A stretch of DNA of 64,000 nt from Auanema rhodensis (Eukaryota > Animalia > Nematoda), in NCBI GenBank assembly GCA_964057225.1, contig OZ059900.1:5580001-5644000 (forward strand), read 5' to 3'. How positions within the stretch are numbered: the first letter of the stretch is position 1; every line of letters starts with the position of its first letter. Of the stretch, positions 25,988 through 42,546 are shown piece by piece. Both the position numbers and the translations under genes were made by a program. Below the pieces are notes generated by a model. The model ran no database searches. It had not been told where the DNA came from and worked only from the letters and a program-made list of their open reading frames with translations.

Positions 25988-28900
25988 CTTATGTTCAATT
26001 ATATTAAAAAAGAACAATAACACAGATGACCAATAGATGAAGGCGGATTCCTTTTCTGAGAATGATATAGGACCACAGCAGGGTGAATCGAATCTGAATG
26101 AGTGATACCCACCAGATTGACAACTGACGAAAGGAAAATAGGTTAGATAAAATGAAAAGATGCGGTATTTGGGTCATTATGTACTAAGCACCTATTGGGA
26201 GAGAGAACTAAATGAATTTTCTCTATAAATTGTAGTCCGATTCTTAGATTCAAATCCATTGATTACAATGATTACGAATCTCAAAAACATTTACAAAATA
26301 AAGAGGAAAAATGTTTGATGACAGTATTCGTGATGAAAGAAAATGTTAGAGGGTATTCAAATTGGTTGGGTAGTGTCTGATCTCGGCTTGGAAAACTACA
26401 TTCATTTTTATAAGATAGATTTTAACTATTCCACTGTCTCATAGTTTCGTAGTGTTCTGCGCTAATTTTAAATTTAGTTTTTGTGCATAATCTGAGAAAA
26501 CATCAAGTTTTTATATAAAGCTTCGGAAATATTCATATGGAATCATCGAAAATGGATGTTCATTACTGATTCAAAATTTTATAAAATGCAGGTCAAATAA
26601 TAGTATTAAAAAGAAATTCGGTCATTGATGATGTTTCGCCTATGTACTTCTTAAGACATGAAAGAAATTATAAGAAAAGATTTTTTGTTGATATATTTGA
26701 AAATCAAAAAAGTATTGAAAACGAAGTTTTTATGATTTATTAAAACTTTAATTTATATCAATGTTCACGTGAGAAAGTTTTTTTTTGTTTTTTTTTTTTT
26801 TGAATTTGAAAATAGAACTTACAACTTTTCAACCATACTAAAATTATTCGAAACGATTTATTTGAATTTCATTTAATGACTATATCTCATGTTTGGATTA
26901 AATGAATATGTTACGGCACAATTTCTTATGAAATCGAATTAGTAATATAAATTGAAAATTTTAATCTAAAATTTTCATAAACAAGTTTAAAAAACTATTA
27001 GTAGATATATGAACTCTTTAATCAAATATAAATTTTTGAAATAGTTCCCACACATATTTTTTTGTCGTATTTTAAGTGCCCAGAAGTTTTAAATTGTTCT
27101 ATCCAACTTATTAGAACAATTGTATAAAATAATAATGCTAATCACCCTTAAGTTTTATTTAGATATTTGACAATCATTTGAATAATGCTAATATCATATT
27201 AATATTCAACATGTATTATATGTATAAATGTTAAATATCGATATGAAATTAGGATTATACAAATTTATTATACTATATGCATATTACTAGAGATGCTTGC
27301 ACATATATGCAAATTTTGGGGCTATTAAGCTAAAGTAATTTATCAATTAATGATATTTAAAGCATATAATTGATTTTTTCCGTAAAAACAAAATATATTA
27401 TCTTATATGATCTTTGTTTTTGGATTCTCTTGTAATCCACTTATAACTAATAATCTAAAGATGTAGAAATTGAGATAATATGCACATTATACAAAACATA
27501 GGAGGATAAAGTAAAAAACAAAACAAATATACAGTTTTATTATTTAATTTTATAAGAAAAAGAGAGCTGAATATTGTTCAATATATTATAATAAATATTA
27601 CTATCAAATTTATGAAATATAGTTAACTTTTTTTTTCAGCAAAAGAATGTATACATCTTATGCAATCTGTTGTTTTTATGTTAGTTTCCACAAATTTTAT
27701 ATAATTTGAATTGAAAATTAACTTTGTTTTATGCAACTCATACTATTCATACAGGATAGTAAAACTCAAACATTTTCTCAGTTGAAACCATGACGTTATG
27801 CCATCTTCATCAAAATAATAAAATACTTACAATTTTTTACAACCCAAGATTTCATGAGAATTAGTAAAATTGCCAATTTAAGTTGTATATCTTCAAATGC
27901 TTTGTTAATGAGAAATGAATAGGACGTATGAGATAGAAAGATGAGAGCGAGTTTCAACTGACAATTATAATTCTCAGCGCTTTTAATTGCTTTATTCATC
28001 TCGAAAGCTCTTTGTGATTTTGGTTTGTCTAGGCGCTTCCAAAACTACTTAGGGTTAGTACTGCTGGCATCATGCTCTCTAGCTTTTGTTGGCTTATTTC
28101 ATTTCCTTCTATCCCTTCTTTTTGCCATGCCATTATCCGTTGTGTCTGAATACTTGTAATTGAATTTGTGAATATCTCTTTCATCGTCAGAAACTATATA
28201 TTCATCGTCAATTCATTTTCGCAGAATCAAGTGTATTTGGAATGAATAAGATTTGAAATTTCTTCATCATTTTTGAGATGTAGGTTTAGTGAAATAATAC
28301 TAAAGCAATCTACAATTACTTAGCAACCAATTACATTATTTTGCTTTCACTTTCTAATTAGTTCTATAATCATTTTCTTGCTAATAATCAAATTGAGCCT
28401 AAAACTGTTTTTACAATTAGAATTTAACGAATATAGTTTTCCAATTTGCTTTTAAATCTTCTCACACATAACTATTCGTGTCCTGGAAGTTATCTATTCT
28501 ATCATATTAATCCTATTCTGAACGCTTTTTTGTCGCCAGCCATGTGTTCATCTGAACGACTATTTTTCTGAAGTTTTTATGCGTGTGTTTATATATTGCT
28601 GAACAAATCTGTTACTTCAATATTATGCGTCTTCTTGTCCAACCTTCTAGATTTATTTTGGTACGTTCTGTATTATAAACGATATATGCAATTAAAAAAT
28701 TTTGTTTTACAATAAAAGAACGTATTTCGTATAATGCAATCAATATTATTCTCAATTCAACATCTGGAAAACAGAATTATCAAAATGAATGATGAGTATA
28801 CAGCTTTCGAATTTGTCTTACTCTAACTCTCAATTATCTGAATGATTTCTACTTTCCTTTTATGTTTGTGTCTTCTTTTAATATAATTTCTTTTGGAAAA

Positions 28901-30318
28901 AGATCATAATAATGATACATTGGCATCTTACGTTGTCTTATCAATTATTAAGACACTTTGTTAGAATCATATTTTTTGATTCTTTATTCTTTACAAAATC
29001 TACCCTTATATATATATATAAATAATTTTTAAAACATTAATTGAACAATTTCATTTCGTAACTAGAAAAAATTAATGTTTCATTTAATATATACTAAACT
29101 TTATCAGAGAATAGTTTAAAATTCTTACGTTTCATTGTATATTGCATTTCTTAAAGCGAAAATTTTAATTTTAATAGAATTCTGTCTTCATAATCTGTCC
29201 CCCTTTCAGGCTTTGCAATCATAAAATACTCTGCCAGATGGTTCAGAAACGGAAATAATATGATGCAGGCTTTCTTTCCCATAGACGCATTCGCATATAC
29301 ACAACACGTACACAGAATGGGGGACGTTACCCTCACATATTCTATCTCTTGCTTGTCGTTTCCGGCACTATTTTTCTCTTCTTTCTTTCTTCCTCTTTCT
29401 TTTCTCTCTCTCTCTTTTCCTCTCCAGCATATACATTTTCAATCTCTCATTCTTTTCTATATACGTACTTCATGATTTCCCATTTACTCTTGATTTCACA
29501 AACCTCTTCGTGTTCTTTAAACTCTAAGCACTAGAAATTCTTTTCACAATACTTTTTTGAAATCATGTTTTTCCTATTTTTACGTTCATTTTTTTAGTCA
29601 AGCTGTGTTTCTCTTCCTCTATACTCTAACAAACACATGAAACAGCGCTCTACTCTAATATAGGCAGACGCGAGCGGTCGCGTTGCGTAACAAAATGCAC
29701 TAAAAAAAATTTCCAAGCTAAACACAGTGCAGTTATAATTTTGAATACAAAAAATTCTAAAAACTATATTGCGAAATAGAAACATTGTATGTTAATTTGG
29801 ATTAACGTAGATGTAGTAATATCTTATGATCACTATATATATATACATATATATGAAAAATATACATTATATATTAATATATAAACTCATGTGCATATTT
29901 CTGCTCACAAGCTTTGTATATCAAATTATTAGTTATACTTACTAGTCCAGTTTCCTAATTATCAATTCACTATGTATATAACAAGTAGTTGTATCTATAT
30001 ACTTATTCAGAAATAATTATGTTAACTAAATAAATTTACGTCTATTTTTTGAGTCTCTATGATGTAACAACGATTACATCAATTCCATAACGTGATAACA
30101 TCAGCTATAATTCTAGAACGGATCTGTTTTTATTTTATTTCATAAAATGATAAACAATTGTTTGTATCAGTTGTTGGTGTGAATATGTTTTACGTTACTA
30201 CTATTATTATTTGAATTTTCTTATGAATATATATCTGTGTTTGTATAATATAATATAGTAATTATAGGCAAGTAAACCAAGAAATAAGAGAAAGTGGCTG
30301 AGCGGTAGCTCATTCATA

Positions 30319-30679
30319 ATGAATACCGATTTATCGGTCAGTTATAATCTGTTTTAAAATTGTAAGCTTTCAATTGTGATTTTAAGGACATTCAGCCAAC
30401 ATTTTATCCCTCAGAAGATGTTGTCCATCCAGCAACGTACCTCAATGATGGGTAAGCTTTTCTATACTATTTTTGCGGTCATTTCTTTGTTTTTGTTATT
30501 TTTTTAGTATGGAAACGGATGGATATCCGAGTTATAATAGTTACGATGTTGAGATGTTTGATGAATATATCAAAGATTATGAGATGGATTGCACTGAATC
30601 TGCAGCACCGGTAAATCATATATTTTCAAAATTAATTCGAAAAGATTGAGAAGTAGTAAAGTTCTTTCATTTGCGATGA
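30319..30679 (+). CDS. Small acidic orphan protein (about 67 aa, 4 exons); last exon uncertain
   Basis: MNTDLS|DIQPTFYPSEDVVHPATYLNDG|METDGYPSYNSYDVEMFDEYIKDYEMDCTESAAP|FFHLR* with three ~50-nt GT-AG introns in consistent phase; AATAAA near 30790. Confidence 0.5.
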
Positions 30680-31979
30680 AACAGTAATCATACCAGCAGT
30701 TTTGATCCTGTTTCATCTCCGATCCCTATCTTTGATGACTTTAATATGAATTAAGTATCATAATTCATTTTGAAAGCAAAATGAATTCAATAATAAATTT
30801 AAGACAAGGTAAGTTTTTTGGTAACTGAAGGACTTAAACGATTGTAAGTGTGTGAACTATATTAAAATGATCTTTGATTTGATGTTGGCAGTGAGCGAAC
30901 TGTTTTTTAGTATATAGAACCAACTGCTTTCTTTAACATCTTCTAACAATAACATACAATTTAAACAAATTGTCATTTTAGCTTGATAAATTCAGTTTTC
31001 AAGCATTTTTTTTATTTGGTCAGATCGCTTTTGCTAGTGTTTTTTTGATGGTATATATATATCTAGCACTTGTTAGAAAAACTATATCATAGATACCAGC
31101 ACCAAAATGTAAAATGTAAGATTACATAAAGAAAAAATTAAATAATGGCACAGTTTACGATTGTATACAAAAAACAGTTACATATATGTTTGGAACTTAT
31201 ACGTAAATTAAGAAGGGAAGAAAGCCCTAGGGATACAAAAACTATGAACTAGAAAAATGGGAGAATTAAAAAGAAAAAGGAAGATTGAGATAGAGAAGTT
31301 AAATTGGATTGCCAAACTCGAACATAAGAAAGGAAAAGTCTTTGCTGGTCAATTCTCTGTTCGTTATCATTTTGTCAATTTGATATGATTTTTTGTTATA
31401 TTGACCAGTCTTAATTTTTCGAATCAAAAGTAAGAGAAACTGAAATTTTTTTATACAGCTATATTTTTTATAGCTTCTTTGTTTGTTTCAATTTTTTTGA
31501 ACATTTTGTTTTTGATTTCCAACTTTTTCACTGTTTTTCTTAAATATGAAATTTCTATATAACATATCAATAATGAACATATACAACACTCTGAAACGTT
31601 TCATCAATCAATCAACTCAATGTTAATCAATTATTGATTTTATCTGTTCTCTATTGGTTAATACAGTGATCACATACTCAGAGCGCATTGTGCATCTGCA
31701 ACTGGAGAATGAGGGATACAGAGAGTATGAGGAAAATGATAAACAAAGAGAAGAGACAAATGAGACGATGCTCGTATGATCGAGAGAAAGAGAAGTGAGA
31801 AATACAATTTGTCAGAGATAAAGTGTACAAAACCAGAGTTGGACAGCCGCACCCTGACTTAAATTGGTCCCTCAAATGTTTCGGAAAGGGATAGTAGTAG
31901 GAGAATGCAGAGAAAACTGGTCGACGGGCTACACAAGCCATATCTTTGATAAAGCGTTGTGTCTCTTTTTCTCCTTCTC

Positions 31980-32017
31980 CTTCTTCTTCTTCTTCTTCTT
32001 CTTCTTCTTCTTCTTCT
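31980..32017. repeat. (CTT)n microsatellite
   Basis: About 12 CTT units; source of the spurious poly-Arg ORF on the - strand. Confidence 0.95.
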
Positions 32018-34549
32018 AACTTTTGCTTTGTTTTTCTTTCTATCTCTTCGATGCATACCGCTTTACTTTCATCTCTAAGCGTTGGCTCTCTGAATTCCGC
32101 TTTTAAGAAGACCGCTTCCGACTGACCTGAACATCACTATCTTATTTCTCTTTCTCTTTCGCACTCATTTTCTCCTCTCTTTACTTCATATTTCATCCTT
32201 TTGTTCAATTTTTACGCAATCTCTTCTGACTTCTTTTTCTCTCATTCTATATCTGTATCTTCAACATCTTATCTCTTCATTTCGTCAAGTAATGGTTTGT
32301 TCTTACACGAGCTTTCCGAAATTCCTTTTTATTTTCTGTCTGTTTCTGGGAAATTATTCATTACAATATTATAAAGTATTTCTGTTTCCCTCTTCAACTT
32401 TATCTACTTTATCTCACTATCTATTACTATCTACGTTTATTACACTTTATTCAAATCAATAATTATCTAAATTTTATTAAAGTCAATATTCGTATAAGCT
32501 AAAAGCGTTGTCGTGCCACTACTAGAACATTGGTCTTTATCAGCATCATCATTCTCGAAATAATACACAACCAGTTTTATTATATTGTGCTATGTCAATC
32601 ATTTTAAGATAGATTACCTTTTTGAAACTCGCAGCATCGCAACATACCGACACGCACACAATTAGAAAAATATGTTCTTAATCGTATAAAAGCTGGTTTT
32701 CAGTCAAAATAAAGTGCGCCGTATCTTTCACCAAGAACATTTTCCTATTTTGTGTTCCCATATTTCTTCGTTTTCGTTTTATATTATCATTCTCTTGTTC
32801 ACTGTTTTCATTTGATTACACTTAAAGTTTATTGATTTAAAGAGTATCAAAATTCTGACTTTTTAGTGGTTACTATACGAATAGCTGATAACCATTTTCT
32901 TCTTCAATTAATACGAAGCTTTTGAAATTTCTTCAAAGATGAAAATTGTTCTCACAGGTTTTGACCTCACATTGCACTATAATCTTTTTGTTATTACTAA
33001 AGCTAATCGAAATCTAACATTCAATATGTTTAGCTTATTTGGAAATACCTGTTTATACAACATTCATGATGAAAAATATAAGTGAAAATAGCAAATATAC
33101 TAAAATATTTATATTTATAGTGATTATAAATTACTTTTTCTCATACTATACAAATGTTCAAACGTTTGCGAACTCTGGACCACTATAAAGTTCATAGCAC
33201 TCAAGTTCATTGATCTGATCATGCGCTATTGTCTCAGCAGTTCAACAGAATGAGTTTGTATATTTTGGACTATGCTCTATCATGTTTAGTTATATTTTAT
33301 CATTCTTTCTTCATTAAAAAACAGACTTTTAGTTTCAAATCCTCTGTTTTTCTCCTTTTTTTCAAAATCGCTGTTCAAAATAGATAAACATGGTCTTGTG
33401 TTTTTCTCAGATTACAAAGTTCCACCTAGTCAATTGAAAGCATTAAGCATTGAAAAAGATTATTCACCTTATTTCAAAATTTAAAAAATTTTCCATTTGA
33501 GTTGTTCAGAAAAACAAAATTATTTATACTGCGAATCGCTCAATATATATTATGTTAGCTTCATCAATAGCTTATAGTGCCAGTTCAGCATGCTAAGCTA
33601 CGCTTTATCTATACAAGTGAGGACGCTCTCTGACGAACATAAACTTTGCACTGACGACCGAATAGTGACAATAGACACTGTGTGTTTGTATGTATGTGTA
33701 TGTCGCGTTCTCTGAATCACTTTGAGCACTTTCACTACTGATTTGCAATGGAATAATAGTTTAAGGATTGTCCTGTTTCCAATATATATTTTTTTCACAG
33801 TTTTATTTTTTCAATTCTGCTTTCTGCTTTATAGCACTTAAGTTTCTTTGATTGCTTCTCCATCTCTATCCTTTTTTCAATCTGCATCGATGTATCTGTG
33901 GGTATGTGTGTTGACCCACATACGTGCGACCTCGTTCATCGATTGATTTCCGTGACGACGTGAGCCGATTGCAGGTATGAAAACAGGTTGAACCTCATAT
34001 CTACTTTTTTTGACTTACAATTATCACAAATGTTTTTTTTAAAATATGATTGAAGTTAAAATAATAGTAATATTACCTAATTGTTTTTTCCCCCTTGTTA
34101 TTTGATATTGGTCAATATTCAAAGATTTAGCTTATTTTAATTTTTTTTTAATTTATAAAAATTAGTTTTTATGAAAATAATCATTTTCATCGCATTTTTT
34201 GTTCTTTGCCTTGAATAACAACTCATGACATTTGGTATTTCCTATATGGTGAACATGTAATCATTTATGCACTGTACTTACGCTCGTGATCGGTTTTTAA
34301 CTTATTCCCGCGAAAACTTCAATTCAAACATCTAAGTGAATCTTTGCAATTTATTGATATTAATCATTTTATTTTCTTTAAATTTTGTTTATTTTATAGT
34401 TTTTTTTAACTATAACATATAGGTGATTAAGTAGTTGAATAATTTAAGAGCTTCACAATAATTGAATACCATTAGCTTTTCTTATTCTACAAGAGAGCTG
34501 ATTTGTTGTTTGTACTAATCAACAATTCATTCTTTGATTCTAGGAAATC

Positions 34550-37990
<3,441 letters not shown>

Positions 37991-38477
37991 CTATTATCTA
38001 ATTCAGCTCGTTTAAGTAAGCTGTGAAGCGGTCTTTTAAAGTCTGTACTTGAACACACATACATATATATGCGCGTGTGTTTATATTTATTTTTAAATAT
38101 TTATATCAATCTAAAATCTATTGTACAACAAATAAAACCTGAAACATCTCGATTTTATTGTTATAAATCTCTTTTTCATGCGGGAAATTTATCTACTTTT
38201 GCTCATGTCAACTTCTTTATACAATACATCATTTCGTATGATTTCGCATGACTCATCTAGATTAACAGAAATTTTATCACAAACTCATTTTTTAAATTTT
38301 TGTTCTATTCAATTACACTATATGCTCTGTATAACTAAGTTGTATTATCAGCTTTATTTTTTGAAAATTTCTTTAAGAATTCGGTAATAACCATTGTTTC
38401 ATAACTACTTCATTTAATTGTTATCTATTAATTTGATGTTCTGTTTTATTTAACTGATACTATGTGTTATATAAATT

Positions 38478-38512
38478 ATACCTCCCGCCATTGAAACATA
38501 CCTCCCGCCATT
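38478..38512 (+). repeat. Perfect 15-bp direct repeat ATACCTCCCGCCATT x2 (period 20)
   Basis: Copies at 38478-38492 and 38498-38512, in the distal 3' UTR region of mbk-1. Confidence 0.9.
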
Positions 38513-40819
38513 CAATACAAGGGTTTTATTTTTCACATAGCTGTCACCAGATTTTCATAAATGTCAAATAAAAGATAATTATTGTTTTCGTATTAAGAAG
38601 ACATAATAACTGGTCTGATAAAGAATTCACTCAGATAAAGGCAGGAAAATATTAAAAAACTGAGAGTAATTGTATTTTTTAACTCTTGCTGAATTTTTAT
38701 TCGTGTCATTAATTTAGTTTCAATTTTGAGATGATTGTTTAGCTATCGATTTTTCAAAAATTTGAGTCAACGAAAAATATGTTTTTTGTGCTAACACCGG
38801 AAATGCGTCAATGAGGTAGATCACATTGCATACTTTGCGTCTTAAGTGCACTAGAAGTGTCGTACTAATGTCATCATTTTTTTTGTTAATCATCTTCTTT
38901 ATATGAAATATGTTGAACTTGAGTACCGTCTACTAATTATTTTGTCTTGATTATTGTTTCTTATCGTTTTTCGGTCTTTCAACTAAGTTCGTTGTACTAC
39001 AGAAACATGAATAGTCCCTTTTTTATCATTTACTTTTTTAAAATCTTATTTTTTGTCTTTTTTTTATTATCTTTAATCCACACAACTCGAATGTAAAAAA
39101 TAAGTAGAAGATTCAATTTGAGATTACAATTAATTGATTTCATCATTATGGATGAAATGTCTCTACTTGTGTTGATCAATAGATAATACTTATTTCTGTT
39201 CAAGTGATTATTTATGATGATTAACCGCAATCTTTATTAATTACATAATTTCTTTTTTTTTCTGTATTTTTTTTGTACATTTTTATATCTTTGATTAGGA
39301 GAAATAGGGGAGGCATAGGCGGTAGAAGACAGTAGCGATCTTTTATTCGGATTTTAATCAATAGAAACATGTTCACCGACTAGAATCGGTCATCTAGGTG
39401 ACTCGAACCGGTTATTTTATTTCATCGCATCTTTTTCCTTCTTTCTTTCTCTCCGTTTGGATGCACAGAGGATTGGAGGGGAGCGGGAGTGTACACAGTC
39501 TCTATCCTAGAACTAATATATGATGTTGAAGAGTACATACACAGCCGAGAGGACCCAGACAGCTGCGCAGAAGGGTTTCTTCCGGCCGGCCCTGCTGCGG
39601 GTTGTGTGTCAATGATGTGTTCGGTTGTGCTTGGGGTATTAGTTGGCTGCTTTTATGCTTATTCTGTGCTGGAACAGTGACATGCTTAGTGCTTATCGAT
39701 AATTCAATTCCACATAATCTAAATTGTATTTTTTATACATATCCTTTCTATTTAGTTTGTCGGTTTGAGCTTTATAATGATCTTTGCATCAGCCTGTCAA
39801 GGCTGTTGTCAAGTGCGACGCCTTGCATGCCCCACAAGAGATATTGATTTTTCTTTTGCTTTATTGTCATCCTCAATAATATGCTTAACCTTCTCTGTCT
39901 ATCAAAGAAAAAGAAATGCGTGCACGCTTTCACACACATCTATGTATATGTAGTAATATTACGAATGAAAGTGTTTAAATTAACTCATAATTAATATGTT
40001 TGTACACTTATTGGGTTTTTTCTGAATATATTGTTGTTCCCTATATAGCAAAAACATTTTTTATGATTTAGAAAAACATTGAATTAAAGCCAAGATTTTA
40101 TCATTCGTCTTTTTTTTAATTTGTGCACTACACTTTTTCTCACTTCAAGATTTTGCTCGAGTTTGTTATGACGATTGCTTTCTTGGTCGCAGCAAAGAAA
40201 AAAAATCGATTTTTCAGACTGTTTCACTGTCAGTTTTGTTATTCAGTTCTTACATTCTTTTTATTATATGCTTATGCTGAAAAGCTTATGATATTGTTGG
40301 TTATTTATTTTTCTCTGTCCTCAAACATTTACTAATCGATGCCGCTCACTCTTGTCTGTATAATCGTCGTACTCTGTGCGATGTTTTATTGATCTTCGGT
40401 CTTTATTTTACTTTAAGAACAACAGATATACTATTTTTAAAAAATACACTCAAATTATGTTCTTTAACTATTAGTTTACTTACTCTTTTTTTTCACTTTT
40501 TCTATAGTAATTCATGTTTGTATTCTTGAGACTTTTTTTATTTTGCAAACTTCTAAATGTGATTAATATGGATTGCTTCTCCATGTCAAACGATCGCAGA
40601 TTTTAATGTCAATCGCGATTGTGATTTCTTTTCTCTTCTTCTCCTTTTCGATTTCCTATTTATCTACTCTTTGTTTGAGTTTATGTTTATATCAAAATGT
40701 CAATTGAATGCGTATAATTGTTATTTCAAATTCTAAGCATTTTATTTTATAACTAGCATTATTACTCGAGTTTTTATTCTCTTATTTCAGCTCCTCACAC
40801 TCATTCAATTGAAAACCAA

Positions 40820-42546
40820 ATGTCAATTTCAACTATTCGTCGGCAAGTAAAAAATGTTGCTTACAATTTCTCAGATGCACAAGTTAAAGTTCGTGAAGCA
40901 ACCAGCAATGATCCATGGGGGCCATCTACTGCTTTAATGTCAGAAATTGCAGATTTAACAAATAACCCTATGGTATATTTTGTATCTTTTTTTTTCCAGT
41001 ATTTGTGAAATTATAGGCATTCACTGAAATTATGTCCATCATTTGGAAGCGTTTGAATGATTCTGGTAAAAATTGGCGTCATGTATATAAGAGTTTAGTT
41101 CTTCTTGATTTTCTAGTAAAATGTGGAAATGAAAAAGTAAGGAAAACGTTTTGATTAATTTTAATTTTTTTTTGAAATGCAGGTCGCTAAGCAATGTCGC
41201 GAAAATATTTTCACCATCGAAACGTTGAAAGATTTTCAACATATGGAAGACAATCGGGATCAGGTAAAAAAAAAAGAACAGTAGAGAAAAAAAATTTTTT
41301 TAGGGGTTAAATATCCGACAAAAAGCAAAGCAGATCACATCTCTTCTTTCTGATGATGAGCGACTTAATAGTGAACGGCAAAAATTTCTTCAAACTAGAA
41401 ATAAATTCAAACAGGGATCATCTTATTCAACAAATGATTGGAATCAAACACCAGACAATAGATCAGGTAATAGAAAAAGGAAAGTTCTGTTGTATTATGA
41501 TTAAACAGAGTTGGATGAAGCTAGACCTACATCAATTGGTGAGGAGGAAATGCAACTTCAAATTGCTCTAGCTCTTTCGAAGGAAGAACATGAAAAAATG
41601 GATGAAATGAGAAAAAGTGATGAAGTGCGACTTCAGGTTCATAATAAATTATAGAATTCTTTTTCATTAAATGTTTTTTTCAGTTGGCTTTAGAAGAATC
41701 TCGAATGGAAGCTGAAAGATTAGCGGGTACAAGAAATCAAACGGTTACTGGGGAAAAACTAACTCAAAGTGCTCTAGATGATCTTCTGTCTCTTGGGCTT
41801 GGACAGGTGTTTTCCTTTAAAAAACAACAAGAAAAATAATCATATTGGTTCAGCTTACTGTTGAGAGCATCCCTTCTTCTTCTGCATCGGCTTGGCAGCC
41901 CATTGATCCTTTGAGCGATCCTTGGTCTATTGCTACTCCTCAAGCTACTGCTCCATCAGCAGGTATCAGTAGAAAACTGATTTCATGTAAGTTACAATAT
42001 ATTTTCAGGGCCAGATCCATGGGCTCCAATTATCTCCACTCAACAACCAGGAATAGCTCCACCACTTACAGCACCTGTATCAAACGTTAGTACTATGCCA
42101 TCAGCTCCAATTACCTCTTCTACGGGAGCTACTGAAGATCCATTCGGTGTCTGGGAGAGGGAAATTTTACAGCCTATTCCAGTTGACGTACATTTTCGTG
42201 TTTACAAACATAATTAGTGTATAAATTGTTTTCAGGGACCTAAGAACGGAGCCTCAGTTTCAAATGCCCTAGGCTCTATGGGCAATCGCAAAACGCCAGA
42301 ACATTTCTTGGGAGAAAATAGTAATTTGGTCAATTTGGATAACCTCTTCGGAACTTCATCAAACATCACAACTACAAGTAACGAATGCAACCATTTTTTT
42401 TTTCATTAATATTGTTTTCAGACTCAAATCCATTTTTGTTGAGCAGTCAGCCTGCTCCCGTTACAAATCCGTTTGCTAGTCAGCAGAGAAAATCTCCTAC
42501 ATTGAACGAGATGATTGCTGCACAACAGCAACAGAGACCAATGTAA
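40820..42546 (+). CDS. epn-1: Epsin (ENTH domain, two UIMs, DPW and NPF motifs)
   Basis: [49 protein letters not shown] (ENTH); [16 protein letters not shown] and [13 protein letters not shown] (UIMs); DPW/DPF; [14 protein letters not shown]; two NPF motifs; TTTCAG acceptor 40785-40790; stop TAA 42544-42546. Confidence 0.96.

Noticed and set aside
31859-32056. Poly-Arg, protamine-like ORF on -
   Set aside because: Translation of the (CTT)n microsatellite
34333-34350. TAAGTGAATCTTTGC, similar to miR-86
   Set aside because: No complementary arm to form a precursor hairpin
38812-38832. TGAGGTAGA let-7-family seed
   Set aside because: The seed falls in the loop of a short stem; no pre-miRNA geometry
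39399-39410. GGTTCGAGTC B-box or tRNA T-loop-like motif on -
   Set aside because: No A-box or cloverleaf upstream
39540-39595. GGCCGGC on the - strand, like the HDV ribozyme 5' end
   Set aside because: P3/L3, P1.1 and the catalytic C junction cannot be built
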